DNA from: Candidatus Methylomirabilota bacterium
GTDB lineage: Bacteria; Methylomirabilota; Methylomirabilia; Rokubacteriales; CSP1-6
Length of the DNA: 48,544 nucleotides
Direction of reading: 5' to 3'
NCBI GenBank assembly: GCA_046727015.1
Contig: JBKPBU010000339.1
Coordinates: forward strand, 1 to 48,544
The position numbers were made by a program, and so were the translations under genes. Shown here piece after piece: positions 9,144-17,254 of this stretch. The notes under the pieces were generated by a model, which saw only the letters and a list, made by a program, of their open reading frames with translations, was not told where the DNA came from and made no database searches. Positions within the stretch are counted from its first letter, which is position 1; each line of letters opens with the position of its first letter.

Positions 9144-10060
9144 CTGACGATAAGCGGGTTCTTGTCCGTAATGACCCGGTCGTTCGTGGCCAGAGCATTG
9201 GTCAGGAACTTGGGCAGGTTGAACGAATGCAGGTGCGCGGCGCCGTTCCAGTAACCGAGGACGTCCGGGTTCATGCGCGAGGCTATCAAAGCGTCGATGT
9301 CGGCGGCCGTCTGTGTGCGCGGGTCCGTGCCCTTGGAGGCCAGGATGAAGCCCCACGGAGTGCCAAAGCAGGAGATGAAGCCCTGGTACGGCGCGACGAC
9401 CGGGAAGACTTCGTGGAGAGTCCGGTAGACGGCGCCGTAGAAGAACAACTCGTTGATCTTGGTCATGCCCGCCTGCATGGTCATGACCCCGTCGTCCGTC
9501 AGCCGGTCACGGATCAGGGTGTAGAACTCCGTCGTGAAGAGCAGACAGGCCGGGCCCTCCTCGAGCGGCTCCGGCAGGTCCACCACGATCAGGTCGAAGC
9601 GCTCCTTGGTCTTCTCGAGGTAGGCGCGGGCGTCCTCGTGGAGCAGACGCGTGCGCGTGTCCTCGAAGGCGCCCTGGTGCATCTCGGGCAGGTGCTTCTT
9701 GCACTCATCGACCACCTCGCCGTCGATGTCCACCATCAGGCAGTCGGTGATGGTCGAATGCCGCAGGATCTCCCGGACCGTGGCGCCCTCGCCGCCGCCG
9801 ATGACCATGGCGCGCACCGGCTTCGGGTGGGCGAGGAGGCCCGGCTGGACCAGGATCTCGTGGTAGATGAACTCGTCGTGCTGGCTGGACTGGATCCGGC
9901 CGTCGAGGACCAGGACCTTGCCGTAGGAATGCGTCTCGAAGATCTCCATGAACTGGAACTTGGTCTGGCGGGTGGCGATGGTGCGGGCGATGGCGTGCAT
10001 GTGGCCTTCGACGGGCGTCGTGCTCTCAAAGAACCACTTGTACTGCGGGGGACCACTCAT
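9140..10060 (-). CDS. speE: Spermidine synthase (polyamine aminopropyltransferase)
   Basis: FQFMEIFETHSYGKVLVLDGRIQSSQHDEFIYHE and VIGGGEGATVRE. Its ATG overlaps the speH stop (ATGA). Confidence 0.9.
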   Translation of the reverse strand: MSGPPQYKWFFESTTPVEGHMHAIARTIATRQTKFQFMEIFETHSYGKVLVLDGRIQSSQHDEFIYHEILVQPGLLAHPKPVRAMVIGGGEGATVREILRHSTITDCLMVDIDGEVVDECKKHLPEMHQGAFEDTRTRLLHEDARAYLEKTKERFDLIVVDLPEPLEEGPACLLFTTEFYTLIRDRLTDDGVMTMQAGMTKINELFFYGAVYRTLHEVFPVVAPYQGFISCFGTPWGFILASKGTDPRTQTAADIDALIASRMNPDVLGYWNGAAHLHSFNLPKFLTNALATNDRVITDKNPLIVS

Positions 10061-10479
10061 CCGGCGACAATAACCTTGGCACCGCCTGGCACCCGGGCGC
10101 CGGCCGGCTTGTGGGGCATGGGAGAGGACTGGAGGAAGATGCCGCGCTGGAGCTCGACGACGGAAGCACGCGCCGCGCCGAGCTGTTCCACGAGATAGTC
10201 AGCCGCCGTCTGGGGCTGGAGCACGTCACCGCAGGAGAAGATGTCAACCGCGGCGTAGCGGTACTCCGGCCAGGTGTGGATGGCGAGATGCGATTCGGCG
10301 ATGACGACGACGCCGCTGATGCCGAACGGGTTGAACTCGTGAAATACCACGTCGATGATGGTGGCCTGAGCGCGCTTGGCCGCCTCCACCATCGACACCT
10401 TGACGGTCTCGAGGCTGTTGAGAGCCTCGGCGTCGCAGTCGAACAACTCGAGCAGCAGGTGTCGCCCCAGTGCTTGCAC
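10057..10479 (-). CDS. speH: S-adenosylmethionine decarboxylase proenzyme, small pyruvoyl type
   Basis: LGRHLLLELFDCD ... VVIAESHLAIHTWPE carries the self-cleavage ES motif. Start set to the GTG at 10479, preceded by GGAGAGGAGGG. The 238-aa track ORF has a 98-aa non-homologous extension. Confidence 0.85.
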   Translation of the reverse strand: MQALGRHLLLELFDCDAEALNSLETVKVSMVEAAKRAQATIIDVVFHEFNPFGISGVVVIAESHLAIHTWPEYRYAAVDIFSCGDVLQPQTAADYLVEQLGAARASVVELQRGIFLQSSPMPHKPAGARVPGGAKVIVAG

Positions 10480-10539
10480 TCTTTCCCTCCTCTCCGTTAG
10501 TCGTTCGCTCGCAAAAAACTCGCGAGTGCGATTTTGCTG

Positions 10540-10568
10540 AATGTAGGGCCATGTTTTTGGCATTGCAA
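10540..10568 (-). promoter_or_regulatory. Candidate sigma70-type promoter for speH-speE
   Basis: On the minus strand: TTGCAA, 17-nt spacer, TACATT, about 60 nt upstream of the speH GTG, in the A/T-richer divergent intergenic region. Confidence 0.35.
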
Positions 10569-10720
10569 GGAAAAAATGCCCTGTCTGGAAACGCTCGGCG
10601 AGGCCACGGAGCCCGCCGCGGGCAGCTGCGGCGGTCACGGAGCGCCTGAACGAGTCGTCGCGGAGCGGTCGTGAGGCCCCCGCCCGAGCGATCGGAAGCT
10701 GGTCGGAGACCACTTTTCTC

Positions 10721-10748
10721 TTGCGTTCCACTCGCGAGCCGCTAACAT
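10721..10748 (+). promoter_or_regulatory. Candidate promoter for pdaD
   Basis: TTGCGT, 16-nt spacer, TAACAT, about 60 nt upstream of the pdaD ATG. The RBS GAAGGAGG lies further downstream. Confidence 0.25.
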
Positions 10749-10806
10749 GAGCGAATAAAATTTTTACCGGCACTTCACCTCAAGCGAAGGAGGCGAGGAG
10801 GAGCGA

Positions 10807-11289
10807 ATGGGCTGGAAACCGGTGACCAAGGCAGCCACGACGTCCGGAAGCGCTGAGGGCACGACCCCGCTCAACGCCTTCGACAACGCCCTCCTGGCGG
10901 CGGGCATCGGCAATATCAATCTCGTCAAGGTTTCCTCCATCCTGCCGCCCGAGACTGCCGTCGTCGATCTGCCCCGGCTCCGCCCGGGCGCGATCGTGCC
11001 CACGGCGTACGCCGCCATGACCAGTGAAGTGCCCGGAGAGGTCGTGGCCGCGGCCGTCGGCTGGGCCCGCCCCACCGATCCGAAGGCCAATGGCGTGATC
11101 ATGGAGTTTCACGACAAGGCCACACGGGAAGAGGCCGAGCGCGCCATCGTCCACATGCTGGAAGAGGCCTTCAGGGCTCGCGGCTGGACGGTGCGTGACA
11201 TGAAGGTCTGCGGCGTCGAGCATCGCGTCGAGCGCACCGGCTGCGCCCTCGCGGCCGTGACGCTGCTCTCCGACGACGACCTCGTCTAG
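10807..11289 (+). CDS. pdaD: Pyruvoyl-dependent arginine decarboxylase
   Basis: NLVKVSSILPP matches the PdaD self-processing Ser-Ser site context. Size (160 aa) fits, and an agmatinase gene follows. Confidence 0.85.
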   Translation: MGWKPVTKAATTSGSAEGTTPLNAFDNALLAAGIGNINLVKVSSILPPETAVVDLPRLRPGAIVPTAYAAMTSEVPGEVVAAAVGWARPTDPKANGVIMEFHDKATREEAERAIVHMLEEAFRARGWTVRDMKVCGVEHRVERTGCALAAVTLLSDDDLV

Positions 11290-11433
11290 CAGGCTGCCGA
11301 TAAGGGGCCATCTGCGACCCCTACGTAGTTACCTATTGGGGCGAGCTTGCGGCACCCCTCAACGTACAGCGAGTACGCCTCGGGGTGCCGCCGCGCTCGC
11401 CGCCTCGCATCTGACCCCTTCTCGACAGCCTGC
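11289..11433 (-). repeat. Hairpin-forming intergenic repeat, copy A (inverted orientation)
   Basis: GCAGGCTGCCGATAAGGGG ... CCCCTTCTCGACAGCCTGC terminal inverted repeats. Shares the blocks CAACGTAC-loop-GTACGCCTCG and CTACGTAGTTACCTATTGGGG with the other copies. Starts on the last base of the pdaD TAG. Confidence 0.85.
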
Positions 11434-11460
11434 ATCAGCATCCTGTCTAGTTAACCAGCC

Positions 11461-12318
11461 GTGAAGCTCGCAGACCCACGCTTCATCGCGTGCCGGGCTC
11501 CGTACCCGGAGGCCCGCATCGTCTTCTTCGGCATTCCCTTCGAAGGCTCGGTCAACCTCCGCACGGGAGCCGACCAGGGCCCGCGCGACCTCAGGACCGC
11601 CTCGGACTCCATCGAGACCTATTCGCCCTTCCTCGAGCGGGATCTGGAAGACCTCGGCATGGCCGACCTGGGCGACTGCGAGCTCGGTGGCGGCAGCCCC
11701 CGTGAGCAGCTGGCCCGGGCCCGTGAAGAAATCCGCGGCTTCTGGCATCCCGGCCTCCTGACCGTCATGCTGGGAGGCGATCACACCGCGACGCTGCCCG
11801 TGATCGAGGTGCTGGCCCCCGCCGTCCCCGAGCTGCGCATCCTCCAGCTGGACGCCCATCCCGATTTGAGAGAGGAATTCCTGGGTGAGCGCTACAACTA
11901 CGCCTCGGCGATGGCCAGGGTGATGGATGTGGTCGCGCCCGAGCGGGTCTATCAGGTCGGGATGCGGACGGGCGCGCGGGAAGAATACAGGCGGAAGGTG
12001 CCGCACCTCTATCCGGCCCACGCAATACACCCGGTCGAGGCGGTTCGGAGCCTCCTGCCCGAGCTCAGCCGGCACCCGCTCTACGTGACCATGGACGTGG
12101 ACGTGCTCGACCCGTCGGAAGCGCCCGGAACGGGGGCGCCCGAGCCCTGCGGGCTCCGGGCTTCGGAGCTGATCGAGATCATCAGGCTGCTCGAGCCCTG
12201 CACCATCGTGGGTACCGATCTCATGGAAGTCGCCCACGCCTTCGATCCATCGGGACGCACCGGCATCACGGCTTCCTGGATCCTCCGCGAGGCCATTCTG
12301 ACGTGGTGGGGAAAGTGA
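11461..12318 (+). CDS. speB: Agmatinase (ureohydrolase family)
   Basis: GGDHTATLP, LQLDAHPDL and MDVDVLDPSEAPGTG are Mn-binding ureohydrolase motifs. GTG start. The context with pdaD supports agmatinase. Confidence 0.82.
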   Translation: MKLADPRFIACRAPYPEARIVFFGIPFEGSVNLRTGADQGPRDLRTASDSIETYSPFLERDLEDLGMADLGDCELGGGSPREQLARAREEIRGFWHPGLLTVMLGGDHTATLPVIEVLAPAVPELRILQLDAHPDLREEFLGERYNYASAMARVMDVVAPERVYQVGMRTGAREEYRRKVPHLYPAHAIHPVEAVRSLLPELSRHPLYVTMDVDVLDPSEAPGTGAPEPCGLRASELIEIIRLLEPCTIVGTDLMEVAHAFDPSGRTGITASWILREAILTWWGK

Positions 12319-13088
12319 GCGAACGCGGGCAGTACTCGGCGCCACGCTACTACGAGATCGCTTTCGACATGAACCGGAAGCAAGAGGTGGACTTCCTCGC
12401 CCACTGCTTCCGCCGTTACGCCAAGCGCCCCGTCAAGGCCGTGCTCGACATCGCCTGCGGCACGGGCCCGCACCTGATCAGGCTCGGCCGCCGGGGCTAC
12501 CGGATGTCCGGCCTCGATCTCTCCCCCGAGAACATCGACTTCCTCCGGCACAGGGCGGCGGAGGAGAGCCTCGGCGTGAGTCTGCACGTGGCGGACATGA
12601 CCCGCTTCAAGCTGCCCAAGCCGGTGGACGCCGCCATCTGCATGCAGGACTCGCAGGGACACCTGCTCACGAATGAGGCCATCCTCGCCCACTTCCGTTG
12701 CGTGGCCAAGGCCGTCCGCAAGGGCGGGGTCTACGTCTTCGACCGCTACATGTGCTCATCGTGGACGGACCCGGCCCGGCGCTGGTCGTGGACCAGGCAA
12801 CGCGGGCGGGCAACGGTGCGCGCGACGTTCGAGGCCCTCAAGGACCTCAATCCGGTGACGCAGACGTTCTACGAGGACATGGAGCTCGAGGCCCACGAAA
12901 ACGGGCGCCGCCACGTCTACCACCAGCGCCACGCTTCGCGCATGGTCTTTCCACAAGAGCTCCGGGCCCTCGTCGCATTGGCGGGCGGCTTCGACCTGGT
13001 CGAGTGGTTCTACGGCTTCAAGCCCCGTTTGAAGCTCGACCGCGCTCACCACCCCCTGCTCATGGTCGTCGTCCTCCGGAAAAGATAA
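12315..13088 (+). CDS. Class I SAM-dependent methyltransferase
   Basis: VLDIACGTGPHLIRLGRRGYRMSGLDLS is the SAM-binding motif I. Start taken as the GTG at 12315 (GTGA overlap with the speB stop). The GTG at 12303 is an alternative. Confidence 0.7.
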   Translation: MSERGQYSAPRYYEIAFDMNRKQEVDFLAHCFRRYAKRPVKAVLDIACGTGPHLIRLGRRGYRMSGLDLSPENIDFLRHRAAEESLGVSLHVADMTRFKLPKPVDAAICMQDSQGHLLTNEAILAHFRCVAKAVRKGGVYVFDRYMCSSWTDPARRWSWTRQRGRATVRATFEALKDLNPVTQTFYEDMELEAHENGRRHVYHQRHASRMVFPQELRALVALAGGFDLVEWFYGFKPRLKLDRAHHPLLMVVVLRKR

Positions 13089-13105
13089 AGGGGCGCGCCG
13101 CTCCC

Positions 13106-14266
13106 GTGGCCAGGCTCGTTCTCAAGCGCGGCGCCGAGCAGCGAGTCAACGCCGGGCACCCGTGGATTTACCGGAGCCAGATCGCCGACCTCAAGGGCTT
13201 CTCCCAGGCCGGCGAGGCCGTCGAGGTGCTTGATTCGGGCGGCCGATATCTCGGCCAGGGCTTCTACAACCCCCGCCCGTCGCTCTGCTGCCGCCTGCTC
13301 ACCCGGCGTGACGAGGCCATCGACGCCGGATTCTTCATGCGCGGGCTCGAGGCCGCCTGGGAGTACCGCCGGACGGCGGGCCTGATCTCCGATGCCTATC
13401 GCCTCTGCTGGAGCGAGGCAGACGGGCTGCCCGGCCTCGTCGTGGACCGCTATGGCCCAGTGAGCGTGGTCCAGTGCCTGACGCTCGGGATGTTCAGGGC
13501 AGCGGAGTGGATCTCCGCGGCCCTCGCGCGACTCTTCCCGAACGGCAGCATCCACCGGCTCGATGAGACGACCGCGGCGCGCCTCGAAGGATTCGAGGCG
13601 CGCCAGGACCCCGCCGGAATCGAGCTGGTGATCACCGAGGGCAACTGCCGCTTCGGCGTCACCCCAGGCGCGGGCCACAAGACCGGCTTCTACCTCGACC
13701 AGGCCGAGAACCGCATCCTCGTGGCTCGGCATGCTGCCGGCCGGCGAATGCTCGACGCTTTCTGCTTCTCGGGCGCCTTCGCCTGCCACGCGCTCCGATC
13801 CGGCGCGACCCAGGCGCTCCTGCTCGACTCGTCCGCCGACACGCTCGCGCTCGCGCGACGGAACCTCGAGCTGAACGGCGCCGCGGACCGGGCCCTGCTC
13901 AGGGAGGGCAATGCATTCGATCTCCTCAGGGGTCTCGAGGCGACGGGCGAGCGCTTCGGCATAGTCGTCCTCGATCCTCCCCCCTTCACCCGGCGGAAGG
14001 ACTCGATCGACGCGGCGGCGCGCGGCTACAAGGAGATCAACATGCGCGGGCTCAGGCTCCTCGAGCCCGGCGGCGTGGTCGCAACCTTCTCCTGCTCCCA
14101 CCACATCACCCCCAGCCTCTTCGAAGAAATCTGCCGCGAAGCCGCCGGCGACGCAGGCGTCGCCGTCCGCGTCCTCCAAACCCTGAGCCAAAGCCGCGAC
14201 CACCCCGTCCTACTGACGGTCCCAGAATCCCGCTATCTAACCGGTCTCCTCCTCGAAGCCGTTTAG
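13106..14266 (+). CDS. rlmI: RlmI-like PUA-domain rRNA (cytosine-C5) methyltransferase
   Basis: LKRGAEQRVNAGHPWIYRSQI N-terminus, TGFYLDQ, and VVLDPPPF. Start set to the GTG at 13106. The upstream 136 aa of the track ORF are Arg/Pro-rich shadow sequence overlapping the previous gene. Confidence 0.8.
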   Translation: MARLVLKRGAEQRVNAGHPWIYRSQIADLKGFSQAGEAVEVLDSGGRYLGQGFYNPRPSLCCRLLTRRDEAIDAGFFMRGLEAAWEYRRTAGLISDAYRLCWSEADGLPGLVVDRYGPVSVVQCLTLGMFRAAEWISAALARLFPNGSIHRLDETTAARLEGFEARQDPAGIELVITEGNCRFGVTPGAGHKTGFYLDQAENRILVARHAAGRRMLDAFCFSGAFACHALRSGATQALLLDSSADTLALARRNLELNGAADRALLREGNAFDLLRGLEATGERFGIVVLDPPPFTRRKDSIDAAARGYKEINMRGLRLLEPGGVVATFSCSHHITPSLFEEICREAAGDAGVAVRVLQTLSQSRDHPVLLTVPESRYLTGLLLEAV

Positions 14267-14284
14267 TCCTCGGAGCGGCAGGTC

Positions 14285-14426
14285 GCAGGGCGTCGAGAAG
14301 GGTCCAGATGCGAGGCGGCGCCCGAAGGCAGCATGCGAGGCGTACTCCTGTACGTTGAGCGTGCTGCCGAGGGCGCCCCAATGTAACTATGTCTGGGTCG
14401 CAGATGGGCCCTTATCGACGCCCTGC
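14285..14426 (+). repeat. Hairpin-forming intergenic repeat, copy B1
   Basis: GCAGGGCGTCGAGAAGGGTCC ... GGGCCCTTATCGACGCCCTGC terminal inverted repeats. Internal complementary arms are GGCAGCA/TGCTGCC. Apical element is CGTAC-TCCT-GTACG. Confidence 0.88.
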
Positions 14427-14459
14427 TACTCGAAGCCGTCTAGCAAGCAGCGGAAAGTC

Positions 14460-14585
14460 GCAGGGCGTCGAGAAGGGTCCAGATGCGAGGCGGCGCCCGA
14501 GTGCCGCAGGTGAGGCGTACTCCTGTACGTTGAACCTGCGGCCGAGGGCGCCAACGAAGCAGATGGGCCCTTATCGACGCCCTGC
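14460..14585 (+). repeat. Hairpin-forming intergenic repeat, copy B2 (tandem to B1, internal deletion)
   Basis: Same termini as B1, with arms GCCGCAGG/CCTGCGGC. It lacks the CCAATGTAACTATGTCTGGGTC block. Its last base is the first base (on the plus strand) of the copD stop codon. Confidence 0.88.
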
Positions 14586-16171
14586 TAGCTCTCGCGGTAC
14601 AGCAACAACATCACGCCCACAAGCGCGAGGCCGACCGACCATACCTTCCCCGGCAGCGCCCTCTCACTGGGCGGCAGCCTGAGCTCGAGCCAGCGTCCCC
14701 AGCCCACGAGCATGGCGAGGACGCCCAGCGGCGCGTGCGTCACTTCGATGAGGTACTCGCTCTTGATGTTGAGCGAGGCGTGGGAGTGGGTCAGGAGCAG
14801 GGCGCCGCCGACCGAGCAGAGGATGGGAAAGACCAGCGCCGCCCGCGGCGAGCGGATCCGGCCGGTACGCACCATCCACTCGAACGTGCCGAACCCCAGC
14901 ACGAGAAGCACGAATATGCGGTGCTGCACCACCTCCGAGTAGCCCATGCCCTCCCAGAAGCCCTGCGGACCCAATGGCCAGGAGCCGGGATCATTGCGCA
15001 CGAGCAGGAAGGCCGCCAGCGCGAAGAAGACGAGGGGCCAATGCCGCGCCCACGGCACCCAGCCCGTGCGGTACAGGACGGCGAGGGTGCCCATGATCAG
15101 GACGATCAGGCCGGCCATGTGGTGGTTGAACTCGCTCCACTGCCTGTCCGCGTCGTTGCGCGGAGCCTCGCGATCCTCGAGGGGCATGTCGGCGAGCCGT
15201 GACGAGGTGAAGGACGGCGCGCGCGGCGTGAAGACGTGAGCGACTTCGGCGAGTGTGGCACGGTCGTTGACCACGTCCACGGCGGGCGGCAGCGAGGTGA
15301 GCGACGCCGCGGCGAAGAGCACGGTGATACCGAGGCCAAGCTCGACCTCCACGAAGCGGCGCAGGCGGAGCAGCGAGACCGGGTCGGCCGAGGGCAGCCG
15401 CCGCACGACGAAGAAGTTGAGCGCTCCCAACACCAGGATGAGCGCGAGCACCATCATCTTCGTCCCTACCATCATGCCGTACGCCGTGCCGGTGAAGCCC
15501 GGGACGCCGTCCACGTAGTAGTAGGTCAGCCCGAGGCCGGCCGCGACGAGGACGGCCACCGAGCAGAGCGCCATGGACGAGAAGCGCTTGAGCAGGAGCG
15601 CCGACCACGCGTCCCCGCCACGACCGTAGGCCGCGACCGTCAGATGCATGAGGCCGCCCACCCAGACGGAGGCGGCATACTGGTGCACGGCGTCCACGAA
15701 AAACAGGACGCCTCCGTGCTGGAGGCGCGCGGCCGCGTGGCTGATCGCCGCCGCGGTGGCGGCGAGCGCCACCGTCAACGCCACCATGACGGCCCACCAG
15801 CCAGGCGCGTCGGGACGCCGCCGCAGCCGGAGCGCGCCCACCACGAGCGCGCCACAGATCAGCACTCGGAGCGCGCTCGCCTGGAAGTAGGCCGTGCCGA
15901 GCACGAGGCGGATGGGCCAGTCTTGTCCGCCCGAGAGCACCATCTGCTGGACCGTGAGCGACAGGAGCTGGCCGGCGGTCACGGCGGCGGCGCCGGCAGC
16001 GACGAGGATCAGGAGCCGGCCCATCATGGACGAGAGTCCGGGGGGGGAGAGCTCGGGGCGCGGACGCAGGGCGGGCTTGAGCACGACGAGCGCGAAGAGC
16101 ACGCCTCCGATGGCGGCGGCCTGGCCGCAGAGGGCCAGGCCCCGGAGCAGGACGTCGGCGAATCCGGCCAC
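14585..16171 (-). CDS. CopD-family multi-pass membrane protein (copper resistance/export-like), long form
   Basis: 528 aa and very hydrophobic throughout. The N-terminal half resembles CopD. The C-terminal half possibly resembles caa3-type CtaG, which I could not verify. GTG start 3 nt after the upstream stop. Confidence 0.6.
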   Translation of the reverse strand: MAGFADVLLRGLALCGQAAAIGGVLFALVVLKPALRPRPELSPPGLSSMMGRLLILVAAGAAAVTAGQLLSLTVQQMVLSGGQDWPIRLVLGTAYFQASALRVLICGALVVGALRLRRRPDAPGWWAVMVALTVALAATAAAISHAAARLQHGGVLFFVDAVHQYAASVWVGGLMHLTVAAYGRGGDAWSALLLKRFSSMALCSVAVLVAAGLGLTYYYVDGVPGFTGTAYGMMVGTKMMVLALILVLGALNFFVVRRLPSADPVSLLRLRRFVEVELGLGITVLFAAASLTSLPPAVDVVNDRATLAEVAHVFTPRAPSFTSSRLADMPLEDREAPRNDADRQWSEFNHHMAGLIVLIMGTLAVLYRTGWVPWARHWPLVFFALAAFLLVRNDPGSWPLGPQGFWEGMGYSEVVQHRIFVLLVLGFGTFEWMVRTGRIRSPRAALVFPILCSVGGALLLTHSHASLNIKSEYLIEVTHAPLGVLAMLVGWGRWLELRLPPSERALPGKVWSVGLALVGVMLLLYRES

Positions 16172-16174
16172 GGC

Positions 16175-17254
16175 CTAGCTTTTCCCCCGCGGCCGGTCGG
16201 CCCAGAGCCGCACGAGCACGAAGATCGGTGTGCCGATCGCCACGAAGAAGATGAACCAGGCCGCCTTGCCGAAAAGCGACAACACCACGATCAGGTAGAT
16301 GAAGTCCCGGTTGGCGAGCGCGTCGGCCATCCTGGCCCCGGCTGAGCGCGCCGGCGGGGCCGACCGCGAGACCAGGTGGGGCGCCACGACGGAGGCGGCG
16401 AAGAGCGTGCCGGCGATGGCGACCGCTCCCAGGGCCAGCGGCCACGCCGAATGCGCGGAGAGGCTCCACCCGACGGCCATGCAGCCGAAGACCGCCACGT
16501 GCACGGTATTGTCGCCCCAGAAGTCCAGCGCCGCTCCGCCGGGAGATTCGAGGAATTTCAGCCGGGCAATCTCGCCGTCGCAGCCATCCAGGATCGAGTG
16601 CAGGAGGAACAGGAGCGCGCCGGCCAGCTGAAACGCCGGCGCCGAAGACAGGAAGAAGGGCGCCCCGGCCAGGCCGATCGCCACGCAGACGAGGGTGACC
16701 GAGTTCGGTGTCACGGAGGTTCGAACGAGGTACCGCGTGAGCGCGAGCGAGATCTTCCGCTCGACGTGGCGCGACATGACGCCTTCGGTGTCCTTGATGA
16801 GTCCGCGCAGCAGCCACGACTCGGCGGCGCCCAGGTCGCCCGCGGCTCTCAAGGGAAAGCGACCCTTCGCGTCCGCGGCGCCCTCCACTACCGTGAACCG
16901 CTCGCGCAAGGTCGCCACGCACTCCGCCACGCCGCGCCCCCGGCCCGCAGCGTCGAGCACCGGCTTGGGATCGCTGGTCTCCACGACAGCCACCTGCGCG
17001 GGATCCACCCAGAGCGTCTCGGGCTGGAGCGTCATGGCGGCCAGCGCCCGCAGCCACTGCGGCTGTGGGATGACGTTGGCGGGCAGGAGAATCAGCCGGC
17101 GAGGGCCGGGCTCCCAGGAGGCGGTCGTCGAGAGACCCGCGCGTGTCCCGGCGAGCGCGATGCGCTTCCCGAGAGGCAACCCCCCTACCATGGTCTCGGG
17201 CGTGATGTCGGGCGCCGCGTTGGCACCCACGACCACCAGGAGGCTCTCCCTCAC
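16175..17254 (-). CDS. CDP-alcohol phosphatidyltransferase with an about 190-aa soluble N-terminal domain
   Basis: Complete signature D-G-x2-D-G-x2-A-R-x8-G-x3-D-x3-D (LDGCDGEIARLKFLESPGGAALDFWGD) followed by TM helices. Start set to the GTG at 17254 (GTGA overlap with the upstream stop). Confidence 0.75.
   Translation of the reverse strand: MRESLLVVVGANAAPDITPETMVGGLPLGKRIALAGTRAGLSTTASWEPGPRRLILLPANVIPQPQWLRALAAMTLQPETLWVDPAQVAVVETSDPKPVLDAAGRGRGVAECVATLRERFTVVEGAADAKGRFPLRAAGDLGAAESWLLRGLIKDTEGVMSRHVERKISLALTRYLVRTSVTPNSVTLVCVAIGLAGAPFFLSSAPAFQLAGALLFLLHSILDGCDGEIARLKFLESPGGAALDFWGDNTVHVAVFGCMAVGWSLSAHSAWPLALGAVAIAGTLFAASVVAPHLVSRSAPPARSAGARMADALANRDFIYLIVVLSLFGKAAWFIFFVAIGTPIFVLVRLWADRPRGKS

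Noticed and set aside
10557-10568. TGGCATTGCA resembling a sigma54 -24/-12 element upstream of speH.
   Set aside because: The GG and GC dinucleotides are about 5 nt apart instead of the required 10. The TTGCA is better explained as the -35 of a sigma70-type promoter.
10569-10720. GC-rich, hairpin-containing part of the speH/pdaD divergent region, considered as a riboswitch or leader (for example SAM or polyamine-responsive).
   Set aside because: I cannot recognise conserved cores of any riboswitch class (SAM-I/II/III and others). If my promoter guesses are right, the region lies upstream of both candidate promoters. Left unannotated.
14252-14585. Two adjacent repeat units considered as a mini CRISPR array.
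   Set aside because: There are only two units, each 125-140 bp and internally palindromic. The 'spacer' is a duplicated gene end, and no cas genes are present. It is a tandem duplication of the hairpin repeat.
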